From: Thermotogota bacterium
Lineage (GTDB): Bacteria; Thermotogota; Thermotogae; Thermotogales; Thermotogaceae
NCBI GenBank assembly: GCA_030550515.1
Contig: JAUQPE010000018.1
Coordinates: forward strand, 3,927-67,926
Reading direction: 5' to 3'
DNA: 64,000 nt
A program made the translations under genes and the position numbers. This document shows positions 19,888-31,915 of this stretch, one piece after another (position 1 is the stretch's first letter; each line of letters opens with the position of its first letter). The notes below the pieces were generated by a model. That model did no database searches. It saw nothing but the letters and a program-made list of their open reading frames with translations, and was not told the DNA's origin.

Positions 19888-20794
19888 TCCAGGGGGCCAA
19901 ACCTGTTGAGTGGCCACACCCTCAAAATGGGCCAGCCGATCACGTGGTCCTCTGGTACGAAACCGAAAAACCTACTGTCCAGGCTCTCTTTTGTGTTGTC
20001 ACCCATGAAGAAGAAAAATCCATCTGGAACGATCAAGACGATCTTTCCTTCTTCCTTGGTTATGTATTTGCTGAGGTCTAAACCCGAATAGTACTTTTCA
20101 TAAAAATCGTGGTAGACCATTCCGGGGATGAAATAACTGCCTTTCTTTTTGTCGTAGTAAACAAAGCTTGGATCGAAGTAATTCAACAAACCGGGGAGGA
20201 AAGGTTCACCGTACTGAAGATCCTCCTCCCCGACCAAGGAGAAGATCAGTATGGCCACGGATCTCCCGTGCTTTTGGGCGAGTTCCAAGAGGAACTTCCT
20301 GTACTCTGCTTTGTTGCTCCTGAGCTTGCTGGCGGTGTAGAGCCACTCGTAGAATTTCTCGTACTTGAATATCCCTTCCGGTTCGTACACGATGTTCTTC
20401 AGAGCATCCGGTACCACGCCGTTCACGCGGACTCTCCCATCTTCTCCAATGGATATGACGTCCCCACCCTTTCCGATCAAGCGCTTCACGTACTTCACGT
20501 GTCCTCTGAATTCCCTGGGTGCGAAGAGATCCATGAATTTGTCGAAAAGACCGAGCATCCTGCTCGCCCTTTCGTCCAAGAACGGCGACCAGAAGACGAC
20601 GATCTCGCCCGGCATCGGTTTGCGCACGGTGTAGGTGATCTTCTCCACGAACAAACGATCCCCCACCTGGATGGTGGGGATCATGGATCCAGTTGGCACC
20701 AACATGGTCTCGAAGATGTAGAGTCTCACGATGGTGGCGGCGACCAAAGCGTAGAGGAACGCCTTCAACCACTCCAGGGCTTCTTTTTTAAGGT

Positions 20795-20798
<4 letters not shown>
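19863..20798 (-). CDS. lepB: signal peptidase I
   Basis: box [10 protein letters not shown] (catalytic Ser) and box [15 protein letters not shown]. Confidence 0.85.
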
Positions 20799-22468
<1,670 letters not shown>

Positions 22469-22478
<10 letters not shown>

Positions 22479-22999
22479 TCCACGTTCTTCACGATTATCT
22501 TTTTACCTTTCTTGTCGATCTTTAAAACGTGATCTTTCGTCATCGGGATGAGTGTTTCCCTCTTTCCTTTCTTTATCACCAAGACGTCGTTGGCCCCTGT
22601 CTCCAGTATGTCCACGACTTTTCCCACAACCTCTCCAGATTCGTACGAAACCTCACAATCGAGTATTTCAAAAAAGTAGTACTCGTCTTCCTTCAAAGAA
22701 GGTAGCTCCTCGTACTTTATGTAGACTTCACAACCTTTTATCTTTTCGGCTTCTTCTATGGTGTTCACCGTTCGGAACTTGATCAGAAAGAATTTGTTCG
22801 CTTTCCTTACCGATTCAACGTCCAGGTTGTAGAAAAGCTTCTTCTCTACGTTGAACAGAACGACATTCGTGAGGTTCCTCACGACGTGCTCTAGGTTCGT
22901 GTAGGGGTAAAACTTTACCTCTCCCTTGAGGCCGTGGGTGTTGACGATCTTACCTACGGCAATCCTGTCATTCAGGAGGTCTTTCAACGTCCTTATCAT
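22469..22999 (-). CDS. rimM: 16S rRNA processing protein RimM
   Basis: RimM N-terminal GKIV..HGLKGEVK motif; context. Confidence 0.85.
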
Positions 23000-23003
23000 C
23001 CTA

Positions 23004-23234
23004 TCACCGGACCACTCTCAAAGTGATCTCCTTGGTGTCCTCGAAGAGGGCGCTCAGGAGTATCTTGAGAGATTTGATGGTGCGGCCATCCTTTCCTATG
23101 ACCTGTCCCACGTCCTCTTCGTTGACGACGATCTCCAGCACTTTCTTCCCGTCTTCGTCGAACTCCATGACGACGACCTCTTCAGGGTGCTTCACTATAC
23201 CCTTGAGTATCTTCTCGAGGACCTCCTTCATCAT
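23004..23234 (-). CDS. KH-domain RNA-binding protein (UPF0109/YlqC-like)
   Basis: KH motif VIGKDGRTI; ATG overlaps the rpsP stop (ATGA). Confidence 0.8.
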   Translation of the reverse strand: MMKEVLEKILKGIVKHPEEVVVMEFDEDGKKVLEIVVNEEDVGQVIGKDGRTIKSLKILLSALFEDTKEITLRVVR

Positions 23235-23515
23235 TCGGATGGTGCCTCCTCCTTCTTGTACTTGATCTCGTGGACCTTCTTCATCACGCCAAACTTCCTG
23301 AAGATGTCCCTCACCGTATCGCTTGGCTGCGCACCTTTCAAGACCCATTCCACAGCCCTTTCCACGTTCAACTTTATGCCGTCTTCCTTGAGTGGATCGT
23401 AGTAACCGAGAGACTCGATGTAAGCACCGTCTCTCTTTTTCCTGCTGTCCACGACCACTATCCTATAGAATGGCCTGTTCCTCTTTCCCATCCTCGTCAA
23501 CCTGATCCTTACCAC
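23231..23515 (-). CDS. rpsP: 30S ribosomal protein S16
   Basis: [26 protein letters not shown]-terminus. Confidence 0.95.
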   Translation of the reverse strand: MVRIRLTRMGKRNRPFYRIVVVDSRKKRDGAYIESLGYYDPLKEDGIKLNVERAVEWVLKGAQPSDTVRDIFRKFGVMKKVHEIKYKKEEAPSE

Positions 23516-23529
23516 GGATCACACACCTC

Positions 23530-24828
23530 CTAGAACGCAAATGGTATCCTGAATTTCCCTTTCTTCATCCTCTTCATGAGTGTTTTCATCTCCTCGTAAG
23601 TTTTGAGGAGCTTGTTCACGTCTTGGACGGTTGTACCGCTTCCCTTCGCGATCCTTCTCTTTCGACTTGCGTCTATGATCTCGGGGTTTCTCCTCTCCTC
23701 TGGGGTCATGGAGTTTATAATGGCCTCGATCTTCTTCAGCTCTTTCTCGCTCATCTCCACATCGATCTTGGGGGCACCGGGTAACATCTCAAGAACCGAC
23801 GTTAAGCCAAGTTTTTTCAACTCTTGGAGTTGTTCTTTGAAGTCTTCCAAGGTGAACTCGGCCTTCAGGAACTTCTCCGCTTGTCTCTTCATCTTTTCTT
23901 GATCGAGCTCGCGCTCCACCTTTTCTATGAGGGAGAGTACGTCTCCCATCCCAAGGATTCTGCTGGCGATCCTGTCAGGGTGAAACGGTTCCAAGCCATC
24001 GAGCTTTTCGCTCGTTCCAATGAACTTTACGGGTTTTCCCGTGACGTACTTTATCGAGAGGATCACACCACCTCGCGCGTCGCCGTCCATCTTCGTCACT
24101 ATGAAACCAGTGAGGTTCAACCTCTCATCGAAAGTCTTCGCCATGTTCACGGCGTCTTGACCCATCATTGCGTCAACCACGAGCAGTATCTCGTCGGGGT
24201 TCAGGATTTCCTTTATCCTGTCCAACTCCTCCATCATCTCTTCGTCTACGTGAAGTCTTCCCGCCGTATCCACGATCATGACGTCTTTACCGCTGTCTTT
24301 CACCCTTTCGACAGCGTACCTCACCACTTCAACGGGAGTTTTGTTGTTATCGTGTATCACTTCGACCCCAATTTGACTTCCGAGTTTTACGAGCTGCTCC
24401 ACCGCCGCCGGTCTGTAAAGGTCGGCGGCCACCAAGACGGGATTTCTACCCTCTTTTCGAAGGTATTTTGCAAGTTTGGCACAAGTGGTTGTCTTCCCGC
24501 TTCCCTGAAGCCCCACGAGCATGATGGGGGAAGGCCTGTGTACGAGTTTGAGTGGTACGTTCCTCTCCCCCATGATCCTTATAAGTTCGTCTCTGACGAT
24601 CTTTATGAATTGTTGATCGGGTGTGAAACTCTTGAGCACTTCCTCTCCCAAAGCCCTCTGGAGAACACCATCCACAAACTCTTTGACGACTTTGTAGTTC
24701 ACGTCAGCTTCAAGGAGGGAGAGTTTCACCTCTCTCACCGCGTCTTGAACGTTCTTTTCCGTGATTCTTCCCTTCCCAGCGAGATTTCTGAACACCCTAG
24801 ACAATTTTTCCTGAAGACTCTCGAACAT
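23530..24828 (-). CDS. ffh: signal recognition particle protein Ffh (SRP54)
   Basis: NG-domain GTPase motifs (GLQGSGKTTT, DTAGR, TKMD), M-domain; start MFESLQ preceded by GGAGGTG. Confidence 0.95.
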   Translation of the reverse strand: MFESLQEKLSRVFRNLAGKGRITEKNVQDAVREVKLSLLEADVNYKVVKEFVDGVLQRALGEEVLKSFTPDQQFIKIVRDELIRIMGERNVPLKLVHRPSPIMLVGLQGSGKTTTCAKLAKYLRKEGRNPVLVAADLYRPAAVEQLVKLGSQIGVEVIHDNNKTPVEVVRYAVERVKDSGKDVMIVDTAGRLHVDEEMMEELDRIKEILNPDEILLVVDAMMGQDAVNMAKTFDERLNLTGFIVTKMDGDARGGVILSIKYVTGKPVKFIGTSEKLDGLEPFHPDRIASRILGMGDVLSLIEKVERELDQEKMKRQAEKFLKAEFTLEDFKEQLQELKKLGLTSVLEMLPGAPKIDVEMSEKELKKIEAIINSMTPEERRNPEIIDASRKRRIAKGSGTTVQDVNKLLKTYEEMKTLMKRMKKGKFRIPFAF

Positions 24829-24978
24829 CTCCACACCTCCGGGCGCACTCCTTGATATTAGACGCCTTCCTTTACTCGAGGGTTGCCGTATCACTAAGCG
24901 GATGGGGACAGAACGTAACAGAATGGTTAAGCAAGGTGGGTGGTTTAACTTAATCCACACAATTTCGGCAAATTCGTT

Positions 24979-25248
24979 TTAACGTTTTATCGCGAAGTCT
25001 CGAAAGTTCTGCGGAGGCACCTCTTTCACGTGGATGTCTGTAACCACCGCAGCCGAAGGTCCCCTCGAGACCTCCGCGAGGAACTTTTTGAGGTTTTCTT
25101 CCTCTCCCTCGGCGTGTATGAAAACGGAACCATCTTCTTCGTTCCTCACAAAGCCCTTTATCCCGTACCTTTCGGCAACCCTCTTGGTGAAGTACCTGAA
25201 CCCTACCCCCTGCACGATCCCCTCGATCCTTATCTCAAACGCCTTCAC
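24979..25248 (-). CDS. acyP: acylphosphatase
   Basis: VQGVGFR and GFVRN motifs, 89 aa. Confidence 0.85.
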   Translation of the reverse strand: MKAFEIRIEGIVQGVGFRYFTKRVAERYGIKGFVRNEEDGSVFIHAEGEEENLKKFLAEVSRGPSAAVVTDIHVKEVPPQNFRDFAIKR

Positions 25249-25249
25249 G

Positions 25250-26032
25250 TTACCTCCACCTTTTCACAAACTCTTCGCTGAGGTGCACCTCCAGCTGAGG
25301 ATAAGGGATCCTCATCCCTTCCTTTTCCAGGTAATCCTTTATCCTCATCGCCAAGTTGGTCACACCCAAGAAGAAGTTTTCCCTGTTGACCCAAAACCTC
25401 ACTATCACGTTCACGGAAGATGGACCAAAATCGCCGAAGACGATGTTCGGTGACGGTTCCCTCTCAACGGTTTGTTCGTCGCTCAGCGCCTTCTGTATCG
25501 CCTCGAAGGCCTTCTTCATGTCAGCTGTGTAGGGTATGCTCACCCTCAGTTCCTGCCTCCTCACGCCATCGGGCCAGAAGTGAACGATGGCCTGCCCCCA
25601 GACCATCTTGTTCGGAATCAAAACCCTTCTACCATCCCAGGTTCTGATCACCGTGTGGTTCAGGTTCACCAATTCCACAGTTCCTTGGACTCCGCCGACT
25701 TCCACGGCCTCCCCCTCTTTGACGGCCCTCGTGGTGATCAAAAACAAGCCGGAGAAAAGGTTTGCGAGAGGCTCCTGGAGGGCAAGACCCACCACGAGAC
25801 CGCCTATACCGACACCGGTGAGTAGTGGCAGTATGCTGATGTTCCAGATCCTGAGCACGACCATTATCGTCACTATGAAGGTGAGAAAACCCAGGAAGAA
25901 CCTGATGGTGTTCCTCATCTGGATCTCTTTACCCAGTTTTTCGATGCTGCGAACGATCAAGAGCAGAAACCACCTGTAGAGAGAGTAGGCTACAGCCACT
26001 GCGATCACGGAGAAGATGACCTTCAGGAACAT
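25250..26032 (-). CDS. mechanosensitive ion channel, MscS family
   Basis: TM3 pore-helix-like GVGIGGLVVGLALQEPLANLFSG followed by beta domain. Confidence 0.8.
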   Translation of the reverse strand: MFLKVIFSVIAVAVAYSLYRWFLLLIVRSIEKLGKEIQMRNTIRFFLGFLTFIVTIMVVLRIWNISILPLLTGVGIGGLVVGLALQEPLANLFSGLFLITTRAVKEGEAVEVGGVQGTVELVNLNHTVIRTWDGRRVLIPNKMVWGQAIVHFWPDGVRRQELRVSIPYTADMKKAFEAIQKALSDEQTVEREPSPNIVFGDFGPSSVNVIVRFWVNRENFFLGVTNLAMRIKDYLEKEGMRIPYPQLEVHLSEEFVKRWR

Positions 26033-26033
26033 C

Positions 26034-26831
26034 TCACCACCTCACAGAAAAGCTCACTCCTGTACCACTCTTGTAGTAGTTCTTGTTGAACCTGTTGCTG
26101 CTCACGCCTTCAGTGAGGATGTGCGTATCGAAACCGACGGCCACGTTCTCCACGTTTCCATAGAAGCCGAGCGCCAGTTTGAACGCCTTCTTTCCGTTCT
26201 CCAAATTGTTCAAAAAGAAGGCACCGATACCAGCCCTCTGCCTTTGACCGATGACAAACTGAAAACCCGTTTCGAGTATCTCCTGATCGAAAGAGAGCGA
26301 CCACAACACCTTGTTGCCTTCCCCCGATTCGTAGAAGAGTTCGGCGACGTACTCCCCACCCAAGTACTCTCCCCTGGAAGACCAAATCCGAAAGTCCCTC
26401 ACGTAGAGCGAGTAACCAAAATCCTTCATCAAGTTGCCGTACAGCCCTCCTGAAAGGGTGAGTTCGGTGGAGGAACTGCTCTGAACGAGGCTGACCCCCA
26501 CCCCCACCTTCACGTGTTTTTCGGGCTCCATGGCGATAGAGTACCCGAGAGTAGTCTTGTAAAGAGATGTCTCAGTACCACTCCTCTGCAGGTACAGGAC
26601 ACCAGCTATCTTCGCCTCGGGTGATTGGAAGAGCCCCACGGAGAAAGTCCCCAGACTCTTCCCGTCCCCTGAGAACACTTTGTAAGAGCCCATTACTCCT
26701 TTTTTCTCCGTGAAGTAGAGTTTGGCGGGGTTGCTCAAAAATCCCCATTCCCCGATCGAGAAGATCTCCATCTCGACGGCAACCGCCCACACGGACAGAG
26801 AGATCAACAAGAAAACCGCAAGTTTCTTCAT
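26034..26831 (-). CDS. putative outer-envelope beta-barrel protein
   Basis: signal peptide MKKLAVFLLISLSVWA, alternating beta-strand pattern, C-terminal aromatic residue (…SFSVRW). Confidence 0.4.
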   Translation of the reverse strand: MKKLAVFLLISLSVWAVAVEMEIFSIGEWGFLSNPAKLYFTEKKGVMGSYKVFSGDGKSLGTFSVGLFQSPEAKIAGVLYLQRSGTETSLYKTTLGYSIAMEPEKHVKVGVGVSLVQSSSSTELTLSGGLYGNLMKDFGYSLYVRDFRIWSSRGEYLGGEYVAELFYESGEGNKVLWSLSFDQEILETGFQFVIGQRQRAGIGAFFLNNLENGKKAFKLALGFYGNVENVAVGFDTHILTEGVSSNRFNKNYYKSGTGVSFSVRW

Positions 26832-26837
26832 GCTCGA

Positions 26838-27965
26838 TCACCCCTCCTCAGTCGAGAAGATTTGGGTGGTTTGATCGGAATAGAACTCCAACATCCTGGA
26901 CTTGAACTCTTGGAACTTGTCGTTCAATATCGCCTTCCTCAGCTCCTTCATGAAGGAAACCATGAAACTGACGTTGTGGATGGTCAGGAGTACCTGCCCC
27001 AAGAACTCTCCCCTGTTGAACAAGTGATGGATGTACGACCTCGTGAAGGTCTTGCACGCGTAGCACTCACACCTCTCGTCGATAGGTTCGAGGGACCTTT
27101 TGTTGTATGAGGCCTTCACGTTCAGCCGGCCGTTCCACGTGAGCGCCGTCCCATGCCTTGCCAAGCGTGTGGGGAAGACGCTGTCGAACATGTCCACGCC
27201 TCTCTCGACGAGCTCCAGAATGAGATCGGGTGAACCTCCCCCCATGAAGTACCTGGGTTTGTCTTCTGGTAAGTGTTCGACGACGAGTTCCGTCATGTCG
27301 TACGTGATCTCCCTCTCCTCCCCTAAACTCAACCCTCCGATTGCGTAACCGTCGAATCCGATGGAAACGATTTCTGTTGCACTCTTTTTTCTGAGGTCTG
27401 GAAACAATCCCCCCTGAACGATCCCAAAGAGCGCTTGACCTTCTCCGTGGAAGGCCTTCTTTGACCTCAACGCCCACTTGTACGTTCTCTCGGTGGCCTC
27501 TCTTGTCTCTTCGTGACTCGCGTTTACAGGTGGACAGTGATCGAAAGCCATACAGATGTCGGATCCCAAGACCATCTGAACTTCCATGGACAATTCCGGT
27601 GTCATGAAGACCGAGGATCCATCCAGCGGAGACTTGAAGACCACACCTTCGTCATCTATCCTGATCTTCGGCAAGCTGAACACCTGAAAACCCCCGCTGT
27701 CCGTGAGGATGGGTCTGTTCCACCTCATGAAGCCGTGGAGTCCACCGTGCAACTTCACAATTTCAACACCTGGCTTCAGCATGAGGTGGAAGGTGTTCGC
27801 GAGGACAATCTCCACTCCGATTTCTTCAAGGTCTCTTGGTGTCAACAACTTGACGTTGGCGTTGGTCCCAACGGGCATGAACACAGGTGTTTCCACTTCT
27901 CCGTGAGGTGTTCTCAGTTTTCCTAACCTTGCCTTCCCAACCGTCTTGATCACTTCGAATTCCAC
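26838..27965 (-). CDS. tgt: queuine tRNA-ribosyltransferase
   Basis: TGT motifs incl. zinc site CECYACK and catalytic-region conservation. Confidence 0.9.
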   Translation of the reverse strand: MEFEVIKTVGKARLGKLRTPHGEVETPVFMPVGTNANVKLLTPRDLEEIGVEIVLANTFHLMLKPGVEIVKLHGGLHGFMRWNRPILTDSGGFQVFSLPKIRIDDEGVVFKSPLDGSSVFMTPELSMEVQMVLGSDICMAFDHCPPVNASHEETREATERTYKWALRSKKAFHGEGQALFGIVQGGLFPDLRKKSATEIVSIGFDGYAIGGLSLGEEREITYDMTELVVEHLPEDKPRYFMGGGSPDLILELVERGVDMFDSVFPTRLARHGTALTWNGRLNVKASYNKRSLEPIDERCECYACKTFTRSYIHHLFNRGEFLGQVLLTIHNVSFMVSFMKELRKAILNDKFQEFKSRMLEFYSDQTTQIFSTEEG

Positions 27966-28588
27966 AGTCTTACCTCCAACATCTCCCTGATCCTTCTGCA
28001 GCTACCCTCTATCTGCGATCCGAGTTCTTCGAGTTCTTCTAGAAACTCTTTCCTCGTCTTTTCGTTTTCCATCTCTTTCACGTTGATGAGCACGTTCACC
28101 TTTGCGACGCGATACACGGCTTCGCACAAGTCCACCGCGTTGAGTGTGTCTGAGAACAGGTTTCTGTTGCCAAACTCTGCGAGGATTTCCAGCTCGCGCG
28201 CAAGCTGATTCATGGCGCGTATCACGTCGAGAGGAACAGAGGCAGCCTCCAAGATTGCCTCCTCGACTTTCTTCCTCTTCAACATCCTTTCCTCTTCTGA
28301 ATCCTCGGGAAGCCTACGCGCGTTCATCAATTCTTCGAACGCCTTCATATCCCTGCCCGCAAGGATGAAGAGCCTCTCTCTGAGTTCCTCCATGTCTTCA
28401 ACGATCCTTTCCATCTCCGCTTCAACGTCTTCGTAGCCCCTTTTCTTTCTGGTGAAGTTGGCCACCATCTCAGCCAAGGCACAGGCCATCGCTCCGACGA
28501 CTGCCCCCACTGCTCCCCCACCAGGTGTTGGAGTCTTTTCAGCGACTTTTCCACAGAATTCCTCAAGGCTCATCTTCTCAACTTCCAT
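27950..28588 (-). CDS. formiminotransferase-cyclodeaminase-like (FTCD C-terminal domain) protein
   Basis: PTPGGGAVGAVVGAMACALAEMV segment characteristic of cyclodeaminase/cyclohydrolase domain. Confidence 0.6.
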   Translation of the reverse strand: MEVEKMSLEEFCGKVAEKTPTPGGGAVGAVVGAMACALAEMVANFTRKKRGYEDVEAEMERIVEDMEELRERLFILAGRDMKAFEELMNARRLPEDSEEERMLKRKKVEEAILEAASVPLDVIRAMNQLARELEILAEFGNRNLFSDTLNAVDLCEAVYRVAKVNVLINVKEMENEKTRKEFLEELEELGSQIEGSCRRIREMLEVRLWNSK

Positions 28589-29330
28589 GTTTTTCCTCCC
28601 CCTCTTTGACGATCTTGTGACCAGAACTGGTCCCGATCCTCGTCGCGCCGTATCTGATCATCTCGACCGCGTCCTCGTAGGTTCTTATCCCCCCAGACGC
28701 CTTCACCCCCATCTCCTCTCCCACGATCCACTTCATGAGGTGCACGTCCCTCACGGTGGCTCCGTGTGGTCCAAAACCGGTGGAAGTCTTCACAAAGTGA
28801 GCTCCGGCGAGCTTTGATATCACGCACGCCGCTATCTTCTCCTCATCGGTGAGGTAGCACGTCTCTAAGATCACCTTCACGACTTTACCCGGGGAAGCCT
28901 CCACCACTCCCCTGATCTCCTCGTACACGTACTCCCATTCTTTGGCCTTCAGCATACCTATGTTGAGAACCATATCGATTTCATCCGCTCCAGCATCGAT
29001 CGCAAACCTGGCTTCGTGTATCTTCGCCCTCGTATCGCTCGCCCCGAGAGGAAAACCGATGACGGTCACCACCCTGATGTTCGTGTTCTCCAGCTCGCGT
29101 CTGACCAGTGGGACGTAACAGGGATTGACGCAAACCCCGTACACCCTGTTCTCTTTCGCCTCGAGGCACAATCTCACTATGTCATCCGGTGTGGCCGTCG
29201 GTTTCAGGTTCGTGTGTTCGATGGCCTTTCTCACGCGCTCCAAAGAAACGTCTTCGTGGTAGGGAGAAAAGGTGTAATTTTTTCTGTACTCATCTATCGC
29301 TTCTTCTATCTTGTACTCGATCATAAACAT
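28578..29330 (-). CDS. deoC: deoxyribose-phosphate aldolase
   Basis: DeoC class I aldolase motifs (VCVNP.YV, Schiff-base Lys region FVKTSTGF). Confidence 0.85.
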   Translation of the reverse strand: MFMIEYKIEEAIDEYRKNYTFSPYHEDVSLERVRKAIEHTNLKPTATPDDIVRLCLEAKENRVYGVCVNPCYVPLVRRELENTNIRVVTVIGFPLGASDTRAKIHEARFAIDAGADEIDMVLNIGMLKAKEWEYVYEEIRGVVEASPGKVVKVILETCYLTDEEKIAACVISKLAGAHFVKTSTGFGPHGATVRDVHLMKWIVGEEMGVKASGGIRTYEDAVEMIRYGATRIGTSSGHKIVKEGEEKHGS

Positions 29331-29334
29331 CACC

Positions 29335-29883
29335 TCACAAACCAATCTCCGAAGCCGCACCTTTCATGGCTTCAAGTGCTATTTGGAAGAACTCCTCAAG
29401 AGACAGTCCCATCTGCTCACAGTACCTGATCTGATCTCTGTTGGCGCCCTTGGCGAAAGCCTTCTCCTTGAACCTCCTCATGAGAAATTCTACATCCAAG
29501 ACCGCCAGTTTCTTCTCGGGTCTTATCAGGGCAGCCGCCACGATGAAACCTGTGGTTGGATCCACCGCGAAGAGTGCCTTTTCCATCAACGTGACGGGTT
29601 CTTTCTTTCCGCAGTGGGCTAGTATGGCATCGAGAACCGATGTGGGGACGTCCTCTCCTTTCAACAGTTCCACCGTCTTGAGTCCATGTTCTTCGGGTTT
29701 GTCTTTCGTCTCATCGTAATCCAGATCGTGGAGAAGTCCAGCAAGGCCCCACAGCGCCTCATCTTCTCCAAACCTCACGGCTAAAGCCCTCATGACAGCC
29801 TCTGCGGCAACACAGTGTTTCAGAAGGTTTTCGTTCTTCAGGTGCCCGTTCAAAAGTTCCAAAGCTCTTTCTCTGCTGATCAA
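29335..29883 (-). CDS. HD-domain phosphohydrolase
   Basis: HD motif (H...LLHDLDY); TTG start at 29881-29883 preceded by GGAGGGG, immediately after the radC stop. Confidence 0.6.
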   Translation of the reverse strand: MISRERALELLNGHLKNENLLKHCVAAEAVMRALAVRFGEDEALWGLAGLLHDLDYDETKDKPEEHGLKTVELLKGEDVPTSVLDAILAHCGKKEPVTLMEKALFAVDPTTGFIVAAALIRPEKKLAVLDVEFLMRRFKEKAFAKGANRDQIRYCEQMGLSLEEFFQIALEAMKGAASEIGL

Positions 29884-30527
29884 ATTCTCCCCTCCCTCTT
29901 GAAGCTGTAGTATCCTCTCTTCGACACGATCACGTGGTCGACCAAGTTGATACCTAATATCTCTCCCGCCTCTCTCAAAACCTTGGTCACCTTCACGTCT
30001 TCTCCGCTTGGTTCTGGGTCCCCAGAAGTGTGGTTGTGGACAACGATCACGCCCGAAGCGTTCGAGCGAACGGCGACCCTGTAGACGTCTCGTGGGTGTA
30101 TGAGGCTCATGTTCACGGTTCCAACGGAGATTTCCTCCTCCACTATCACGTTGAGTTTGTTGTCCAGACATATCACCCTCACCGTTTCTCTCTCCAGAAA
30201 GATCATGTCTCGGCACCTCAAGAAGACCTTCTCCGGGGAATCGAGCCTCTCCGGTATCCTCTCGTACTCTTCGTGGAGTCTTTTCCCTAGCTCGAGGGCG
30301 GCTTTCACGGTGATCGCCTTTACAAGTCCCACCCCTTCGATCGATGCGATCTCCTCGATACTGGCGTTGAAGAGCCTCACCAGAGAGTGATCGAACTTCT
30401 CCAAGATTTCCTCCGAGAGCTCAAGAACACCTTTCCCACTGATCCCCGTCCTCAGGATCACCGCCAAAAGTTCAGCGTTCGAAAGCGCTCCCGCACCCGC
30501 CTTCAACATCCTCTCCCTTGGAAGCAA
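29880..30527 (-). CDS. radC: RadC-family JAB-domain protein
   Basis: HhH N-terminus and JAMM motif [11 protein letters not shown]. Confidence 0.85.
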   Translation of the reverse strand: MLPRERMLKAGAGALSNAELLAVILRTGISGKGVLELSEEILEKFDHSLVRLFNASIEEIASIEGVGLVKAITVKAALELGKRLHEEYERIPERLDSPEKVFLRCRDMIFLERETVRVICLDNKLNVIVEEEISVGTVNMSLIHPRDVYRVAVRSNASGVIVVHNHTSGDPEPSGEDVKVTKVLREAGEILGINLVDHVIVSKRGYYSFKREGRI

Positions 30528-31089
30528 CCTTCCACCATCCCTTCTCGTAGAGGTACTGCCACACGGCGCCGATGGGAAGACCCACGACTGTGAAGAAGTC
30601 TCCTTCGATCTCCTCGACGAACACAGCCGCGAAATCCTGTATCCCGTACGCGCCAGCCTTGTCGAAGGGTTGATGTTCGTTCACGTAATAGTCTATGACC
30701 TCTTCCGGTACGTCTCGAAATTTCACCCTGGTCACGGATACGAAGACTTTCTCCTCCGAATCGGACACGAAGGCCACGGAAGTGTAAACTCTGTGCCAGC
30801 GTCCAGAGAGTCTCCTCAGGTACTCCTTTGCTTGATCTTTAGAGGAAGGCTTGCCCAAAATCTCTCCATCGATCTCAACAACCGTGTCAGAGCCTATGAC
30901 GAGCACGCCTTCGTCTTTTCGCCTTTCGAAGACAGCCTTCGCTTTCTTCAAAGCCAGAGAAAGCACAACCTCTTCTGGCCTTCCGATTTCTTCCTCTTCG
31001 ACACTCGGAGGATCGACCTCAAATGGCACTCCCAGGATCCTCATCAGCTCTCTCCTTCTCGGCGAAGAAGAAGCTAAGATGATTTTCAA
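30472..31089 (-). CDS. maf: Maf-like nucleoside triphosphate pyrophosphatase
   Basis: [14 protein letters not shown]-terminal motif and Maf fold conservation. Confidence 0.85.
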   Translation of the reverse strand: MKIILASSSPRRRELMRILGVPFEVDPPSVEEEEIGRPEEVVLSLALKKAKAVFERRKDEGVLVIGSDTVVEIDGEILGKPSSKDQAKEYLRRLSGRWHRVYTSVAFVSDSEEKVFVSVTRVKFRDVPEEVIDYYVNEHQPFDKAGAYGIQDFAAVFVEEIEGDFFTVVGLPIGAVWQYLYEKGWWKVASKGEDVEGGCGSAFER

Positions 31090-31558
31090 GAATCACACCT
31101 CCCAACCTGCTGGCAAGAAAGGCGTTCGCCACGGCCGAGACACTTCCAAGAGCGACGATCATCGGGAAAAGGGAAAAGACCACGTGGGTCCCCACGAGGT
31201 ATGAGACTATCATCAACTGGACGAAGTTGTTGACGAAGGATCCCGCCACACTCAAACCGACGTAACCGAAGCCAAAAGTGGCCAGCAACGATTCCACCAA
31301 GGCGGCGGAAACCGATCCCGGAAACCCCACGAAAAACGAAACCGAGAGAAAGCTACCCGTAAGGACCGATCCCAACATACTCTTCAGCGCGGCTACCGTC
31401 ACGGCGTCCCACAAACCCGTTTCAGAGGCGAGCCATAGCACCACGAAATTCGAAAACCCCCACCTTCCGAAGGGAACGGGAAAGGGAATCAGGGAGTCCA
31501 GAACGTACACAACAGAGGAGACAGCGGTCATGAGGGAGAGAAAGGAGATCTTTCTCAC
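31019..31558 (-). CDS. Gx-transporter-family membrane protein
   Basis: multi-TM ORF; probable GTG start at 31558 overlapping upstream stop; 3' end overlaps maf start by ~70 nt. Confidence 0.4.
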   Translation of the reverse strand: MRKISFLSLMTAVSSVVYVLDSLIPFPVPFGRWGFSNFVVLWLASETGLWDAVTVAALKSMLGSVLTGSFLSVSFFVGFPGSVSAALVESLLATFGFGYVGLSVAGSFVNNFVQLMIVSYLVGTHVVFSLFPMIVALGSVSAVANAFLASRLGGVILENHLSFFFAEKERADEDPGSAI

Positions 31559-31914
31559 CAAGTTTCTGTATCGTAATCTCTCTTTCCTTCGAAATGGATG
31601 ACGATGGCGTTTGGCACGCAAATTATGGTCCCTCCAGGTTTCACCCAACCCGTCTTCACGCAAACTTTCAACGGACAGACCGAATCTATCACCCTCACCC
31701 TCTCCCCGTCGAACTCCACCTTCATCACAACCTTTCCTTCTTTATCGATGTCGTAGACGCCCGGTTTGGAAATGATCTTTTTGAAATTCGTTCCTTCCAC
31801 GATCAACACGTTGCCTTTGGCTTCGTAGTACCTCAAGATGAAAAATCCAACAAGCAAAAGCGAAACGGCCAGCAAGATCCAAAGATCTCTTCTGGAGAAA
31901 AGTTTTCTCTTCAC
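31555..31914 (-). CDS. NusG-domain-II-like membrane-anchored protein
   Basis: N-terminal TM helix then small beta domain (…GGTIICVPNAIVIHFEG…), usual partner of Gx transporters. Confidence 0.4.
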   Translation of the reverse strand: MKRKLFSRRDLWILLAVSLLLVGFFILRYYEAKGNVLIVEGTNFKKIISKPGVYDIDKEGKVVMKVEFDGERVRVIDSVCPLKVCVKTGWVKPGGTIICVPNAIVIHFEGKRDYDTETW

Positions 31915-31915
31915 C

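Noticed and set aside
24829-24978. Possible SRP RNA (ffs) or other ncRNA upstream of ffh
   Set aside because: The 150-bp ffh-acyP spacer shows only a strong GGAGGTG RBS and promoter-like elements; no SRP domain-IV motif (GGAA/AGCAG symmetric loop) could be found on either strand.
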